DNA of 64,000 bases from Eubacteriales bacterium (GCA_028702135.1 JAQVPJ010000009.1:5339-69338), one strand, 5' to 3'. Numbered from the stretch's first letter, positions 28,802-38,818 are shown. The notes: generated from the letters alone by a model not told the origin. Translations and numbers: made by a program.

Positions 28802-30402
28802 ACAAGGGTAAACCTGCCCTGAAATATTATTTACTCAAATCGAAAGAAGGGCTAACAATAAAACTCAAGAATCTTAACGGGAGAAAAGCGAGGGTGCTGC
28901 TTGTTTATCCCGATTACACCGACAGGGACCTGAAGGGAAAATCTTCGGGCGGCAGCTACAGCGAGGGCCTGGCTTCTATTTCAGCTGTATTAAAGCAGGG
29001 AGGGCACAGCGTATCACTGCTGCATCTTCTATACCTTCATGACAAGCAGGAGTTTCAGAATAAGCTGAAAGATGCAGGTAAGTTCGATATCATCGGCTTT
29101 TCCGTGCGCACGACAGCGTTTCCCGATTCAAAGCTTTATATCGAATGGACTAATGAGGTCTATCCCGATGTATTCATAATATGCGGGAGCTACCACTGCA
29201 CTCTCGTACCAGCGGAGGTTCTTGCTGTCAACGGGGTTGATTGCGTCTGTATCGGCGACGGCGAATATGCCGAGCTTGAATTGTGCGACAAAATGAGCGC
29301 GGGTGAGGATTATACCGATGTGGAAAGCCTTTGGTTCAAAACAGAGGACGGAAGTTTTATAAAAAACCAGGTCAGGCCGCTGTTCGCCGACCTCGACAGA
29401 ATCCCGATACCGGATTTTGATCTGTTTGATTATAAAAACCTTGACAGTGTCAAGGTAAACACAGCCATCGTAATGATGAGCCGCGGTTGTTTTTATAACT
29501 GCACCTACTGCGGGAACTCACAGTTCAGGAATGTTTATCCGAATAAAAAGATATATGCACGCTTCCGCAGTCCCGAAAATGCGATACTTTATCTTAAAAC
29601 ACTGCTTTCAAAATACCCCAACATACAGTTTATAAACTTCAGAGATGCTATATTCAATATGTTTCCCGATTGGTTCGACAAGTTTATTGAGTTATATAAA
29701 AAAGAGATTCACCTGCCCTTTACGGGGAATGTCCGCTTTGACATTCTTACCGAGGATACGGTACGCAGAATGAAGGAAGCAGGATGCTATACAATCGATA
29801 TGGGGCTGGAGAGCGGCGACCAGGAGATGCGGTTCAAGTATCTAAAGCGTTTTATGACCGACGAGATGATGATAAACTGCTCGGCTTGGTTCCACAAATA
29901 TGGTATTGCTCAGCTTACCTATAATATTATCGGACTGCCCTATGAGGATATACATAAGGCTTTGAAGACTATAAAGCTTAACGCCCGGATGAAGAGCGAC
30001 CGAGTTATACCCAACATATTTTACCCGTATCCCGGGACAGTTCTTTACGAAACCGCAAAGCAGGCGGGCTTTTTGCCCGATGTTATCAGTCCCGACTGTC
30101 GAGTGCCTCTTAAGCAAAAACAGTTTCCCGAGCACGAGGTCCTGTTCATAGAGGCATATTTCATGCACTTCGTAAAAAGATACAAGATAGCGTTTGCCAT
30201 GCCGAAATGGTTAGGAAAACCTTATGAAAGATGGCTTGACTGGCGTGTAACAAGCCGTTTTGTACCACATAAGTTTTATGTATTCCTGCATGATGTATAT
30301 TCCGGGGTCCGCAACCGGTTGAAGGATTTTCTTATTAACAGAATGCCGAAGCTGTATATTAAGCTGCGTATACGCAAGCATAAGAAAAAAGCACAAAAAT
30401 AG
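28780..30402 (+). CDS. B12-binding domain radical SAM protein
   Basis: N-terminal cobalamin-binding-like Rossmann segment (VLLVYPDY...GFSVRT) and a radical SAM CxxxCxxC motif (MSRGCFYNCTYCGN). The start is uncertain: TTG 28780 overlaps the polA end by 22 nt, and GTG 28894 is the alternative. Confidence 0.82.
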   Translation: MVRCENVNKGKPALKYYLLKSKEGLTIKLKNLNGRKARVLLVYPDYTDRDLKGKSSGGSYSEGLASISAVLKQGGHSVSLLHLLYLHDKQEFQNKLKDAGKFDIIGFSVRTTAFPDSKLYIEWTNEVYPDVFIICGSYHCTLVPAEVLAVNGVDCVCIGDGEYAELELCDKMSAGEDYTDVESLWFKTEDGSFIKNQVRPLFADLDRIPIPDFDLFDYKNLDSVKVNTAIVMMSRGCFYNCTYCGNSQFRNVYPNKKIYARFRSPENAILYLKTLLSKYPNIQFINFRDAIFNMFPDWFDKFIELYKKEIHLPFTGNVRFDILTEDTVRRMKEAGCYTIDMGLESGDQEMRFKYLKRFMTDEMMINCSAWFHKYGIAQLTYNIIGLPYEDIHKALKTIKLNARMKSDRVIPNIFYPYPGTVLYETAKQAGFLPDVISPDCRVPLKQKQFPEHEVLFIEAYFMHFVKRYKIAFAMPKWLGKPYERWLDWRVTSRFVPHKFYVFLHDVYSGVRNRLKDFLINRMPKLYIKLRIRKHKKKAQK

Positions 30403-30426
30403 ATTTACACGCGGAAGGAACATGGA

Positions 30427-31278
30427 ATGTCAGCGGAAATAGAGAAAGGCGTTTTATATGTAGTTCCCACTCCGATAGGTAACCTTTCGGATATAACGCC
30501 GCGCGGGCGGGAGGTTCTCGAGTTCTGCCATTTCGTCGCCGCGGAGGATACGCGGGTTAGCGGAAAGCTCCTCTTTCTGCTCGGTATAAAAAAACCCATG
30601 GTAAGCTACCATGAGCACAACAAAAACAAAAGCGGCAAAATGATTTGCGAAAGAATTCTAAACGGCGAGACCTGTGCGTTGATCACGGATGCGGGCACTC
30701 CTGCAATAAGCGACCCCGGCAGTGATTTGGTGGCGCTCTGTGCCGAAAAAAATATAAAAGTCGTTCCCCTGCCCGGTGCCTGTGCAGCAATCACCGCCCT
30801 GTCCGGCTCAGGCCTGCCTTCGGTGCGTTTTTGCTTTGAGGGCTTTCTGCCGGAAAACGCGGGAGAGAGAAGGGAATATCTCGAATCCGTCGTAAACGAA
30901 AAACGCACGCTGATTTATTATATTGCACCGCATGATCTCGACAGAGCACTATCAGAATTCAAAGAGGCTTTCGGAAACCGCAGATGTGTGCTTGCAAAAG
31001 AGCTTACAAAGCTGAACGAACGATATATTCATTCTACGCTGGAAAAACTTCCCGTGGAATTGGACAATTGTGAGGCTTCAATAAAAAAAGGTGAATTTGT
31101 ATTGATTATCGAGGGCAGTACAAACAGCGAGACGGCGTTCTGGAGTGAACTTTCGGTAGAGGATCATTTAAAGCGATACCTGGATCTCGGTATGACAAAA
31201 ATGGACGCTTGCAAGAAGGTTGCGAGAGACAGGGGCGTACCAAAGGGCGAGATTTATAAAATTGCGACCGGTTTATAG
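30427..31278 (+). CDS. rsmI: 16S rRNA (cytidine1402-2'-O)-methyltransferase
   Basis: Tetrapyrrole-methylase-fold N-terminus (LYVVPTPIGNLSDITPRG) and TDAGTPAISDPG motif. Confidence 0.9.
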   Translation: MSAEIEKGVLYVVPTPIGNLSDITPRGREVLEFCHFVAAEDTRVSGKLLFLLGIKKPMVSYHEHNKNKSGKMICERILNGETCALITDAGTPAISDPGSDLVALCAEKNIKVVPLPGACAAITALSGSGLPSVRFCFEGFLPENAGERREYLESVVNEKRTLIYYIAPHDLDRALSEFKEAFGNRRCVLAKELTKLNERYIHSTLEKLPVELDNCEASIKKGEFVLIIEGSTNSETAFWSELSVEDHLKRYLDLGMTKMDACKKVARDRGVPKGEIYKIATGL

Positions 31279-31293
31279 TTTAGGAGTATATCC

Positions 31294-32745
31294 ATGAAAA
31301 ACAAAGCACTGTCAATCCTGTTATCTGCTGTAATCCTGCTTTCCGCCGTTTTGCGGTTTGTACCCGTTGAAGCGGCGTCGGTTGAAAACGCCTTTGATGT
31401 CGAAATAACCGCAAGAGAGACGGTTTTTGTCGGAGATACTTTAAAAGTCTCTTTTACTTTTCATAACATAACCAAGCCTCTTTCCGGTGTCGAATTTGTT
31501 TTTGTGTTCGACCGGGGAATTTTCGAGCCTGTTATAACCGATAATGCCGATGACGAAATGAACGCTTTTATAAAACAGTCCCCTTCGGAATACTGGGAGC
31601 AATCGTGTAATTATAATGTGGAGAACGGCTATTACCTAAGATTCGGAACCGATAATATCGCAGATGAGAATCTTTTGAAAACATCCGCTGATCTTGTTAT
31701 TGAAGTTCCGCTTTTAGTAAAAGCGACCGGAAACTCCACTTTGTCAGTCCCAACCGCAGATATTATGGGCTTTGACGTGGATCCGATGGTAATATATTCC
31801 GGTCAGGGCGATACCCTTGCGCTCACTTCATCAACCACCGATGGAAAATATACAGTTGATATGTCTGTAATAAACAGCATAGAACGCGGCAAACCTGCAG
31901 AGCTTATTGTAACTATAACAAATAACCGCGATGACATAGGTCTCATAGCTGTGGAATTCAAGCTGTATTTCGACAGTAATGTCAAGCCGGTCATTACGCA
32001 AAACGATAACGGTCAGATGGATGCTTTCATCTCCTCGTCTCCCGCTTCGTCATGGGAGCAAATATGTTCTTTTGACGATACCTATGGTCTTTATAATATC
32101 CGGCTTGCTGCTCTCGGTGCGGGTACGGTGGCCGAAGAGATATTAATGACAGGTGAATCCATAACACTTACCATACCCTTTGTTGTAACCGGAAATAGCG
32201 GTAGTACGTGCACTTTTACTGCAACCTCAGAGAGCTGCTACGCGGTAAACAATGTTACTAAAGTGGTTACCGGGCAGGGCGGCAGTGCTTCCTTCGTTAT
32301 ATTACAGGGCTCGAACATCAGCCTTGTAAACGGAAGCGATAAAATAATTTATGATTCAGGCGATTTGAGCTATATGAGCGGGTTTCCCGCAGGAACGACA
32401 ATAGAGAATTTGCTTTCTGAATTTACAAACAGCGGTCTTGTCGTAAAGGACGGAAACGGCGTGATCATTTCATCCGGAATTTGTAAAAACGGATACACAG
32501 TTAACCTTTACAGCGGTGAGGTGCTGCTGGACAGCATCACCGTTGTAATCGAGGGCGATGTCAGCTGCGACGGAGAGGTTACGGCAAAGGATTATCTGTA
32601 TATAAAAAGGGCATTTCTCGGTACAATGACGCTCAATGAAATCCAGCTCCAGGCAGCTTATTTAAAAGAAAGCACAACCATAACCGCTGCAACTTATCTT
32701 AAAATAAAACGTCATGTTTTAGGTACATACAATCTGTACGATTAG
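31294..32745 (+). CDS. Secreted protein with two cohesin-like modules and a C-terminal dockerin
   Basis: A signal peptide is present. Two internally repeated modules of about 140 aa carry cohesin-like strands (LKVSFTFHNITKPLSGVEFVFVFDRGIFEPVI and AELIVTITNNRDDIGLIAVEFKLYFDSNVKPVI). The C-terminus has a dockerin-like EF-hand repeat (GDVSCDGEVTAKDYLYIKRAFLGT) plus a degenerate second half (ATYLKIKRHVLGT). Confidence 0.7.
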   Translation: MKNKALSILLSAVILLSAVLRFVPVEAASVENAFDVEITARETVFVGDTLKVSFTFHNITKPLSGVEFVFVFDRGIFEPVITDNADDEMNAFIKQSPSEYWEQSCNYNVENGYYLRFGTDNIADENLLKTSADLVIEVPLLVKATGNSTLSVPTADIMGFDVDPMVIYSGQGDTLALTSSTTDGKYTVDMSVINSIERGKPAELIVTITNNRDDIGLIAVEFKLYFDSNVKPVITQNDNGQMDAFISSSPASSWEQICSFDDTYGLYNIRLAALGAGTVAEEILMTGESITLTIPFVVTGNSGSTCTFTATSESCYAVNNVTKVVTGQGGSASFVILQGSNISLVNGSDKIIYDSGDLSYMSGFPAGTTIENLLSEFTNSGLVVKDGNGVIISSGICKNGYTVNLYSGEVLLDSITVVIEGDVSCDGEVTAKDYLYIKRAFLGTMTLNEIQLQAAYLKESTTITAATYLKIKRHVLGTYNLYD

Positions 32746-32791
32746 AAATCATACAGATTGCCGAGGTTATGCTTCACGGTTTTATAAATAA

Positions 32792-32824
32792 AAAAGCCAA
32801 CCGAAAATCCGGTGGCTTTTTTAC
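32792..32824. terminator. Intrinsic terminator between convergent genes
   Basis: AAAAAGCCAACCG-loop-CGGTGGCTTTTTT (one bulged A). Confidence 0.7.
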
Positions 32825-32939
32825 GAATAGGTATATTATTTTACTTTAAAGTATTCGCTTTTTGATGTCATATTGTTGTAAGTATACTCGTCGTATATGA
32901 AACTTCTGATAGTTCGGATGTGTATACTCCGTATTCCAT

Positions 32940-33881
32940 CTACTTTCCGTACTCCTCAATAAAGGACTTAACCTCAAGACTGCTGGGAAGAGATGAAATC
33001 GCTCCCACCTTGGTAACAGTAAGTGCGCCGACCGCGTTGGCGTACTTGGCGGCGGCAATAATATCGCCCGTACGCAGATATTCAGCCGTTAAAGCGGCGG
33101 TAAAAGCATCACCCGCTGCTGTTGTGTCAACCGACTGCACATCAAAGGGTGAGATAATGTCACAATACTTGCCGTCGTAAATATAGCAGCCTCTTGCACC
33201 TAACTTTAATACAACATACTTGATATCAACCGCATTGCTTAATGCGATAGAAGCGCGCAGGCAATCCTCTAAAGTGTTGGGACGTATCCCCGTAAGTATC
33301 TCGGTTTCCACCTCATTCGGAGAGAAAATCTCCACCTGCTCCAGCTTTGCAAGCGGAAAATCCCTGCGGGCGGGTCCGGCATCGATAATCAAAGGTACTC
33401 CCTCGGTGTTGGCGGTTCTTGCGGCGCTGATAACAGCCGTATCGCCTATCTCAAACTGTGTGATTATCGCATCCGGGTACGAAAAAAAGGCGTTTTCAAT
33501 ATCGTTCTCGTTTATTCGCTTATTTGCTCCAGGATAAACTATTATGCGGTTAACACCGCCCTTTTCCAAAAGAACAACCGCAAGCCCGGTCTGCTCAAGC
33601 TTGTCCACTTTGAGATAACGCAGATCAAGACCATGCTCCTTATAAAGACTGATCAGCCTGTCACCGTATGCGTCGTCTCCCACTCTGGCGCAAAAAACCA
33701 CCTGTGTGCCTAACTTTGCGGCAGCTACCGCTGTATTGGCTCCCTTTCCGCCGGGCACAAAAGTATATGCACCCTCGGAAACAATTGTCTCACCCGGTGC
33801 CGGCACATATGGTGTTGTCATTAAAAAATCAATATTTGCGCTTCCTACAACGAGAATTCTTTTCATCGACATTTTTGTCAC
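32940..33881 (-). CDS. rbsK: Ribokinase
   Basis: PfkB family motifs: VVGSANIDF, GGKGANTAVAAAKLG, and C-terminal DTTAAGDAF. The exact start (GTG 33881 or a downstream ATG) is uncertain. Confidence 0.88.
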   Translation of the reverse strand: MTKMSMKRILVVGSANIDFLMTTPYVPAPGETIVSEGAYTFVPGGKGANTAVAAAKLGTQVVFCARVGDDAYGDRLISLYKEHGLDLRYLKVDKLEQTGLAVVLLEKGGVNRIIVYPGANKRINENDIENAFFSYPDAIITQFEIGDTAVISAARTANTEGVPLIIDAGPARRDFPLAKLEQVEIFSPNEVETEILTGIRPNTLEDCLRASIALSNAVDIKYVVLKLGARGCYIYDGKYCDIISPFDVQSVDTTAAGDAFTAALTAEYLRTGDIIAAAKYANAVGALTVTKVGAISSLPSSLEVKSFIEEYGK

Positions 33882-34005
33882 CCGTATTTACCCTTCCTCA
33901 AGCCTTGGGAGCAAGTTCCTTTTTAAAAGTTGCTTTATGGCTATAATTTTCAACAAAATATCTGATATTTATACAATTATATATTACACTACTTTTTAAA
34001 ACGTG

Positions 34006-34263
34006 TCAATACTTTTCTTTTTTATACTTCAGGCGTGTCGCCATTCCGCCCCGTATATGACGCTCGTTTTTGTTCTGTGCGAGAACCCGGCTGACCGCCT
34101 TGTATAACACGGGATTCTGAACCTTCAGGCGTTCGGTTATATCCTTATGTACAGTACTCTTGCTTATGCCGAAATGCCCCGCTGTCGCTCTTACCGTCGA
34201 ATTATGTTCCACTAAGTAGGTTCCCAGTTCAGTGGCTCTTTTATATGTGTCCAGAATATACAT
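34006..34263 (-). CDS. spoIIID: Sporulation transcriptional regulator SpoIIID
   Basis: 85-aa protein with SpoIIID-type HTH (TVRATAGHFGISKSTVHKDITERL) and the C-terminal basic segment RHIRGGMATRLKYK. ATG 34263 sits behind GGAGGAAGCGACA; the longer ORF-track start is rejected. Confidence 0.9.
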   Translation of the reverse strand: MYILDTYKRATELGTYLVEHNSTVRATAGHFGISKSTVHKDITERLKVQNPVLYKAVSRVLAQNKNERHIRGGMATRLKYKKEKY

Positions 34264-34463
34264 TGTCGCTTCCTCCTGTTCATTTATATGAAGCGAACAC
34301 TCGTAAAATTCGGTTACTTTTACTTTTGCCGTTATAAAAACAGAAAACAGCGGTTCTTCTCTGCTGCGAATTATTTTGCGGCAATATGCCAATACTGTTT
34401 AATAAAGTTGTATGGTTAATATATAATCTACTTATAAACGTATTTTAAAAAGGGGATTTTGAT

Positions 34464-35381
34464 ATGAAAACGATTAGGCTTGGCAGCTCAAACCTTCAGG
34501 TTCCGCAAATTGCCATCGGCTGCTGGCGTATTCATTTGGCAGGCAGGCACGACGCAGAGTTATATATCCGTACCGCAATCGAGGAGGGCGCGGTGTTCTT
34601 CGACAATGCTGATATTTACGGCAATGGCAAATGTGAGGAAATCCTTGCGGATTCGGTTCAAATGAGCAGCAGTATCCGAGATAAAATTATCGTCCAAACA
34701 AAATGCGGTATAAGAAAAGGCTATTATGACTTTTCAAAAAAGCACATTTTGGATTCTGTCGACGGCAGTTTGAGGCGGCTAAAAACTGATTATATCGACA
34801 TTCTGCTTCTTCACCGTCCCGATGCCTTAATTGAACCGGAGGAAGTCGCCGGAGCGTTCGACCTGCTTAAAAAAAGTGGAAAGGTACGCAATTTCGGAGT
34901 TTCAAATCACAATCCGGCACAGATCAAGCTGCTTCAAAAGTATATTAAACAACCGCTTTTAGCTAATCAGCTTCAATTTGGAATTGCTCACGCATCTATG
35001 CTGTCTACCGGATTGAATGTAAATATGATGTCAGATTTTGCGAATGACCGCGACGGCGGCGTTCTGGATTTTTGCAGATTAAACGATATTACTATTCAGG
35101 CATGGTCTCCTTTCCAATATGGATTTGCGGAGGGAGTTTTTCTTGATAACGAAAATTTTGCTCCGCTTAATAAAAAAATAAACGAGCTTGCGGAAAAATA
35201 CAGCGTAAAAAACACTACCATAGCACTCGCATGGATTTTACGTCATCCGGCAAAAATACAGCCGATAATCGGAACGATGAAGATTGATAGACTGCGAGAT
35301 TGCATAAAAGCTCTGGATATTTGTCTTACACGTGAGGAATGGTATGGGATTTATCTTGCCGCAGGCAACAAGCTGCCCTAA
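34464..35381 (+). CDS. Aldo/keto reductase
   Basis: AKR catalytic-tetrad context (FFDNADIYG, KCG, LLHRPD) with typical length. Confidence 0.88.
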   Translation: MKTIRLGSSNLQVPQIAIGCWRIHLAGRHDAELYIRTAIEEGAVFFDNADIYGNGKCEEILADSVQMSSSIRDKIIVQTKCGIRKGYYDFSKKHILDSVDGSLRRLKTDYIDILLLHRPDALIEPEEVAGAFDLLKKSGKVRNFGVSNHNPAQIKLLQKYIKQPLLANQLQFGIAHASMLSTGLNVNMMSDFANDRDGGVLDFCRLNDITIQAWSPFQYGFAEGVFLDNENFAPLNKKINELAEKYSVKNTTIALAWILRHPAKIQPIIGTMKIDRLRDCIKALDICLTREEWYGIYLAAGNKLP

Positions 35382-35473
35382 AATGATTCCGTAATCCTTT
35401 TATTTATACCCGGTTTTCGTCAGGAAAACCGGTTTAGTATGTCATCATACCCGGCGACTCTTCATAAGCTGTA

Positions 35474-36187
35474 TTGAAGGGAATGATGACGGTTTTGGCA
35501 GAACTGAATAAAGATGGAATTATATTCAACACGATAACAATAAAGGGAGAGCTTTTATATAACGATATATTACTCTTATCCTACAAAATAGATTATCCCG
35601 AATTCAATACGGCTTATAAAAATTCTGAAACTGAAATAAATATGTTTTATAAGAACAGAGCATTTGAATACAAAAAGCACTGTGAAAGCGAGCTTTTCGA
35701 TGCGGCGGTCAGGCAGTACAGATCTGATATGGAAAATGGCTACCCTATAAGGGTTTTTGAAGCCGTAAGCACTTTTTCGGTATCTTACGCTCTTTCATGT
35801 ATTATCAGTCTTTATACTGATACTTATGAGTATACCGGCGGAGCACACGGTAGTACGTTCAGGGATTCGCAGACCTTTAACCTGCAAAAGGGCTATGTTA
35901 TGAGTCTGAGTCATCTTGTAACCTGCTCTCCCGATTACAGAGCTTTCATTTTTGGATATATAACAGAAAAAGCTGCCGAAAACCCCGATTTATATTTTGA
36001 CAACTACAAAGAGCTTATACCGTCAACCTTTTTCAAAAACAACTTTTACTGCACTCCAGACGGGATTGTAATATATTTTTTGCAATATGATATCGCTCCC
36101 TATTCAAGCGGAATCATGGAATTTCTTATCCCCTATTCTGAATGCGTTATTAATCCGGCAAATTTGTGCATCAGCAGAAAAATATAA
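35474..36187 (+). CDS. DUF3298/DUF4163 domain protein
   Basis: Signature YEYTGGAHGSTFRDSQTFNLQKG and C-terminal PYSSG motif. The exact start is uncertain (TTG 35474 or ATG 35483). Confidence 0.7.
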   Translation: MKGMMTVLAELNKDGIIFNTITIKGELLYNDILLLSYKIDYPEFNTAYKNSETEINMFYKNRAFEYKKHCESELFDAAVRQYRSDMENGYPIRVFEAVSTFSVSYALSCIISLYTDTYEYTGGAHGSTFRDSQTFNLQKGYVMSLSHLVTCSPDYRAFIFGYITEKAAENPDLYFDNYKELIPSTFFKNNFYCTPDGIVIYFLQYDIAPYSSGIMEFLIPYSECVINPANLCISRKI

Positions 36188-36196
36188 TAAAAATAG

Positions 36197-36224
36197 TTGA
36201 CATTTTACGACAATGTGATATAAT
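36197..36224 (+). promoter_or_regulatory. Sigma-A promoter with extended -10, upstream of the AraC-family gene
   Basis: TTGACA (36197-36202), 16-nt spacer ending in TGA, then TATAAT (36219-36224). Confidence 0.55.
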
Positions 36225-36370
36225 TATTAAAAGATTATGCAAAGCAACATGATTTTTTGCTAATTCGGACATACAAATTTGATTTAGTAAAGCTCACTCT
36301 CATTTTTTTATTGCATTATCCTTAATTTTTAACTATAATATATATAGTGTTATGAGATCAGGGGTGCAGA

Positions 36371-37240
36371 ATGGATACCAAGTGTAAATATAATAAGGGC
36401 AGATTTGTATCTGTCGGAATTACTGATGGCTTTTCATACTCTCCCGGACAATTTAACATTATTCTTTTAAAAAAGGGATATCTGTCGTTAAAATGCGGCA
36501 ACAACAGATTGATAGCAAACGGTCCTTCACTGATTAGTCTTTACGGAACCGAAGAGGTTACGCTCGGTGCTTTAAAAGGGAGCGTTGCATCATTCAATTT
36601 TGCTCCACAGTTTATAAACATTCACCTCAGTTCAAGGCTTCTTTCCTCGGAGGATTATTTAAGCATCGCAGCGGAGCATCTTTTCCCCTCTTTTAGAATA
36701 TTTACACACCACTCGGATGCATACGGAGGTGTGCTTCCTCTCGGAGAAACAAGCTCGCAACGAATGAATGTGCTTTTTGACAGGATATCGGTTCTGACCT
36801 CGAAACAACCAACCTTTAAATGGTCCTGCAAGGTTCGCTCCGAGATTTTTCTGATACTTGATTTAGCAGAATTCAATCTTAGCACCTTTGAGAGCGGCGG
36901 CAATGAATTAAGCGATATGCTGGAATCCATTCACGCAAAAATCGATACCAATTTAAGTCTTCTCAGCTTATTTAAAACTTACAACACCACAGCGCCGACG
37001 GTCAGCAGAAAATTTAAAAAATTATTCGGCACCACTGCAATTAATTATGTTTTAAATCTCAGACTTACCCTTTGCTCATGTGTTTTAGCATTCACGGATA
37101 TAAACGTAAATGAAATAGCCGAGAGTTATGAGTTCAACGATTCCACTTATTTTGCCAGAATGTTCAAGCGTCAGTTTGGGTTGGCACCCCTGGATTTCCG
37201 CATTAAAAAAAGATCCGACCGCGATAATAATCTGAAATAA
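36371..37240 (+). CDS. AraC family transcriptional regulator
   Basis: C-terminal double HTH of AraC type (INEIAESYEFNDSTYFARMFKRQFGLAPLDFR) and an N-terminal cupin-like sensor part. Confidence 0.85.
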   Translation: MDTKCKYNKGRFVSVGITDGFSYSPGQFNIILLKKGYLSLKCGNNRLIANGPSLISLYGTEEVTLGALKGSVASFNFAPQFINIHLSSRLLSSEDYLSIAAEHLFPSFRIFTHHSDAYGGVLPLGETSSQRMNVLFDRISVLTSKQPTFKWSCKVRSEIFLILDLAEFNLSTFESGGNELSDMLESIHAKIDTNLSLLSLFKTYNTTAPTVSRKFKKLFGTTAINYVLNLRLTLCSCVLAFTDINVNEIAESYEFNDSTYFARMFKRQFGLAPLDFRIKKRSDRDNNLK

Positions 37241-37246
37241 ACCTAA

Positions 37247-37290
37247 TAACATACAAATAGCGAGATATAAATCTCGCTATTTGTATGTTA
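37247..37290. repeat. Perfect 20-bp inverted repeat with 4-nt loop (probable bidirectional terminator)
   Basis: TAACATACAAATAGCGAGAT-ATAA-ATCTCGCTATTTGTATGTTA, 7 nt after the AraC-family stop codon. No clean U-tract on the plus strand. Confidence 0.6.
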
Positions 37291-37480
37291 TGTGAAATTG
37301 GGGATAGAGATAATTAAATTATTAGTGCAAACCGACATAAAAAAGAAAAGACGGTATTATATTAACAATAAAAAACCTGTTTATTCTCTAATCCTGAACT
37401 ATTATACACATCTAACATAAGTTTGTCAATAGTTTTTTTAATAATATTGATTTTTGTTTATAATTAGCATTTATGGTATT

Positions 37481-38818
37481 TTATTTAATGTTCTGATCAT
37501 TTACCGGCTTTAGCTTTGCATCCTTCATAGCAGGGTTATTTATCAGCTTTCCGTTTTTATCAAAGCGTGAGCCGTGACACGGACAATCCCAGGTATGCTC
37601 TATCCTGTTCCACTTCAAAGCACAGCCAAGATGGGTACAGCGTTTCGTGACGGGTTTTACAAAGTTAACCAAAGTCTCTCCGATGTTTACGAAAAACTGC
37701 TTTTTAATAAACGAACGCCTCGGCGTGAAAACCTCGTATCCGACGGTGGATTTACCGGTTATCATATCGCTTAAAATTTCCGCACTTATCATAGATGAGG
37801 TCATACCCCATTTATTGAATCCCGTTGCAACATATATATCGGTGTTCGCTTTTGAATACTCACCGATATAAGGTACTCCGTCTAAGCTCATACAGTCCTG
37901 AGTAGCCCAAGCGTATTTTTCTTTTGCATCGGGATAAAAGGTTTCTTTATAATCGCGAAGCTCCCTGTATCCCCCGCCCATCTTTCCGGTTCTGTGATCT
38001 CCGCCTCCTATGAGCAACAGGTTGCCATAGTTACGGAAAGACATTCCGTTTTGTTCCGAATCGACATACATACCATGTATATCCGGTGCGTTTTCGAGTG
38101 CGATAACATAAGAACGGCTTTGATACAGCTTTGTGAAATAAAAGCCTTTGGTGTTTATAAACGGAAAATGCGTCGCTATTATGATTTTTTTCGCCTTTAT
38201 TTTACCGTTAGCAGTATACACTGTTGTTCCCTTTATTTTTGTAACGAATGTTCTTTCGCGTATATTCAGATTTACCGAAATACCGGCTATAAACTTCATC
38301 GGATTAAATTGCGCCTGATTACCGAACATCACCGCCGCTTTTACATTCAGCGGAAGAGGTATTTTTTTGCACAGCTCCGCTTTAAAGCCGAGACTGTTGA
38401 CAGCTTTGACCTCCCTTTCTATCTTTGCTTTTTCTGTCAACGAAAAGGTATATGCCGCTTTTTCCTCAAAATCGCAGGGAATATCGCGGCTTAGCTCCCT
38501 GTATTTCTGTATCGCCAACAGATTGTTTCTCAGATATTGTCTTGCTTTAGAGTCCCCGGCATTCTTTATCAGATCAGCATATATAAGTCCGTGCTGCGCC
38601 GTAATCTTTGCCGTGGTGTTTCTTGTAACGCCGCTGCCTATTCTATCTCCCTCAACGAGCAGATAATCTGCTACTTTTTCTTTTAAAAAATACGCACAGA
38701 GAATCCCCGCCATCCCACCGCCTATAATGAGGAACTCGCAGCTCTGATCACCCTCAAGCTCTTTGAAAGAAGGCGTGTTTTTTATTTCTTCGCCCCATAT
38801 GGAACCCATATTTATCAC
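37481..38818 (-). CDS. FAD-dependent oxidoreductase fused to a C-terminal Rieske 2Fe-2S domain
   Basis: N-terminal dinucleotide motif (FLIIGGGMAGILCAYFL) and a C-terminal Rieske motif (CTHLGC...CPCHGSRF). Confidence 0.85.
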   Translation of the reverse strand: MINMGSIWGEEIKNTPSFKELEGDQSCEFLIIGGGMAGILCAYFLKEKVADYLLVEGDRIGSGVTRNTTAKITAQHGLIYADLIKNAGDSKARQYLRNNLLAIQKYRELSRDIPCDFEEKAAYTFSLTEKAKIEREVKAVNSLGFKAELCKKIPLPLNVKAAVMFGNQAQFNPMKFIAGISVNLNIRERTFVTKIKGTTVYTANGKIKAKKIIIATHFPFINTKGFYFTKLYQSRSYVIALENAPDIHGMYVDSEQNGMSFRNYGNLLLIGGGDHRTGKMGGGYRELRDYKETFYPDAKEKYAWATQDCMSLDGVPYIGEYSKANTDIYVATGFNKWGMTSSMISAEILSDMITGKSTVGYEVFTPRRSFIKKQFFVNIGETLVNFVKPVTKRCTHLGCALKWNRIEHTWDCPCHGSRFDKNGKLINNPAMKDAKLKPVNDQNIK

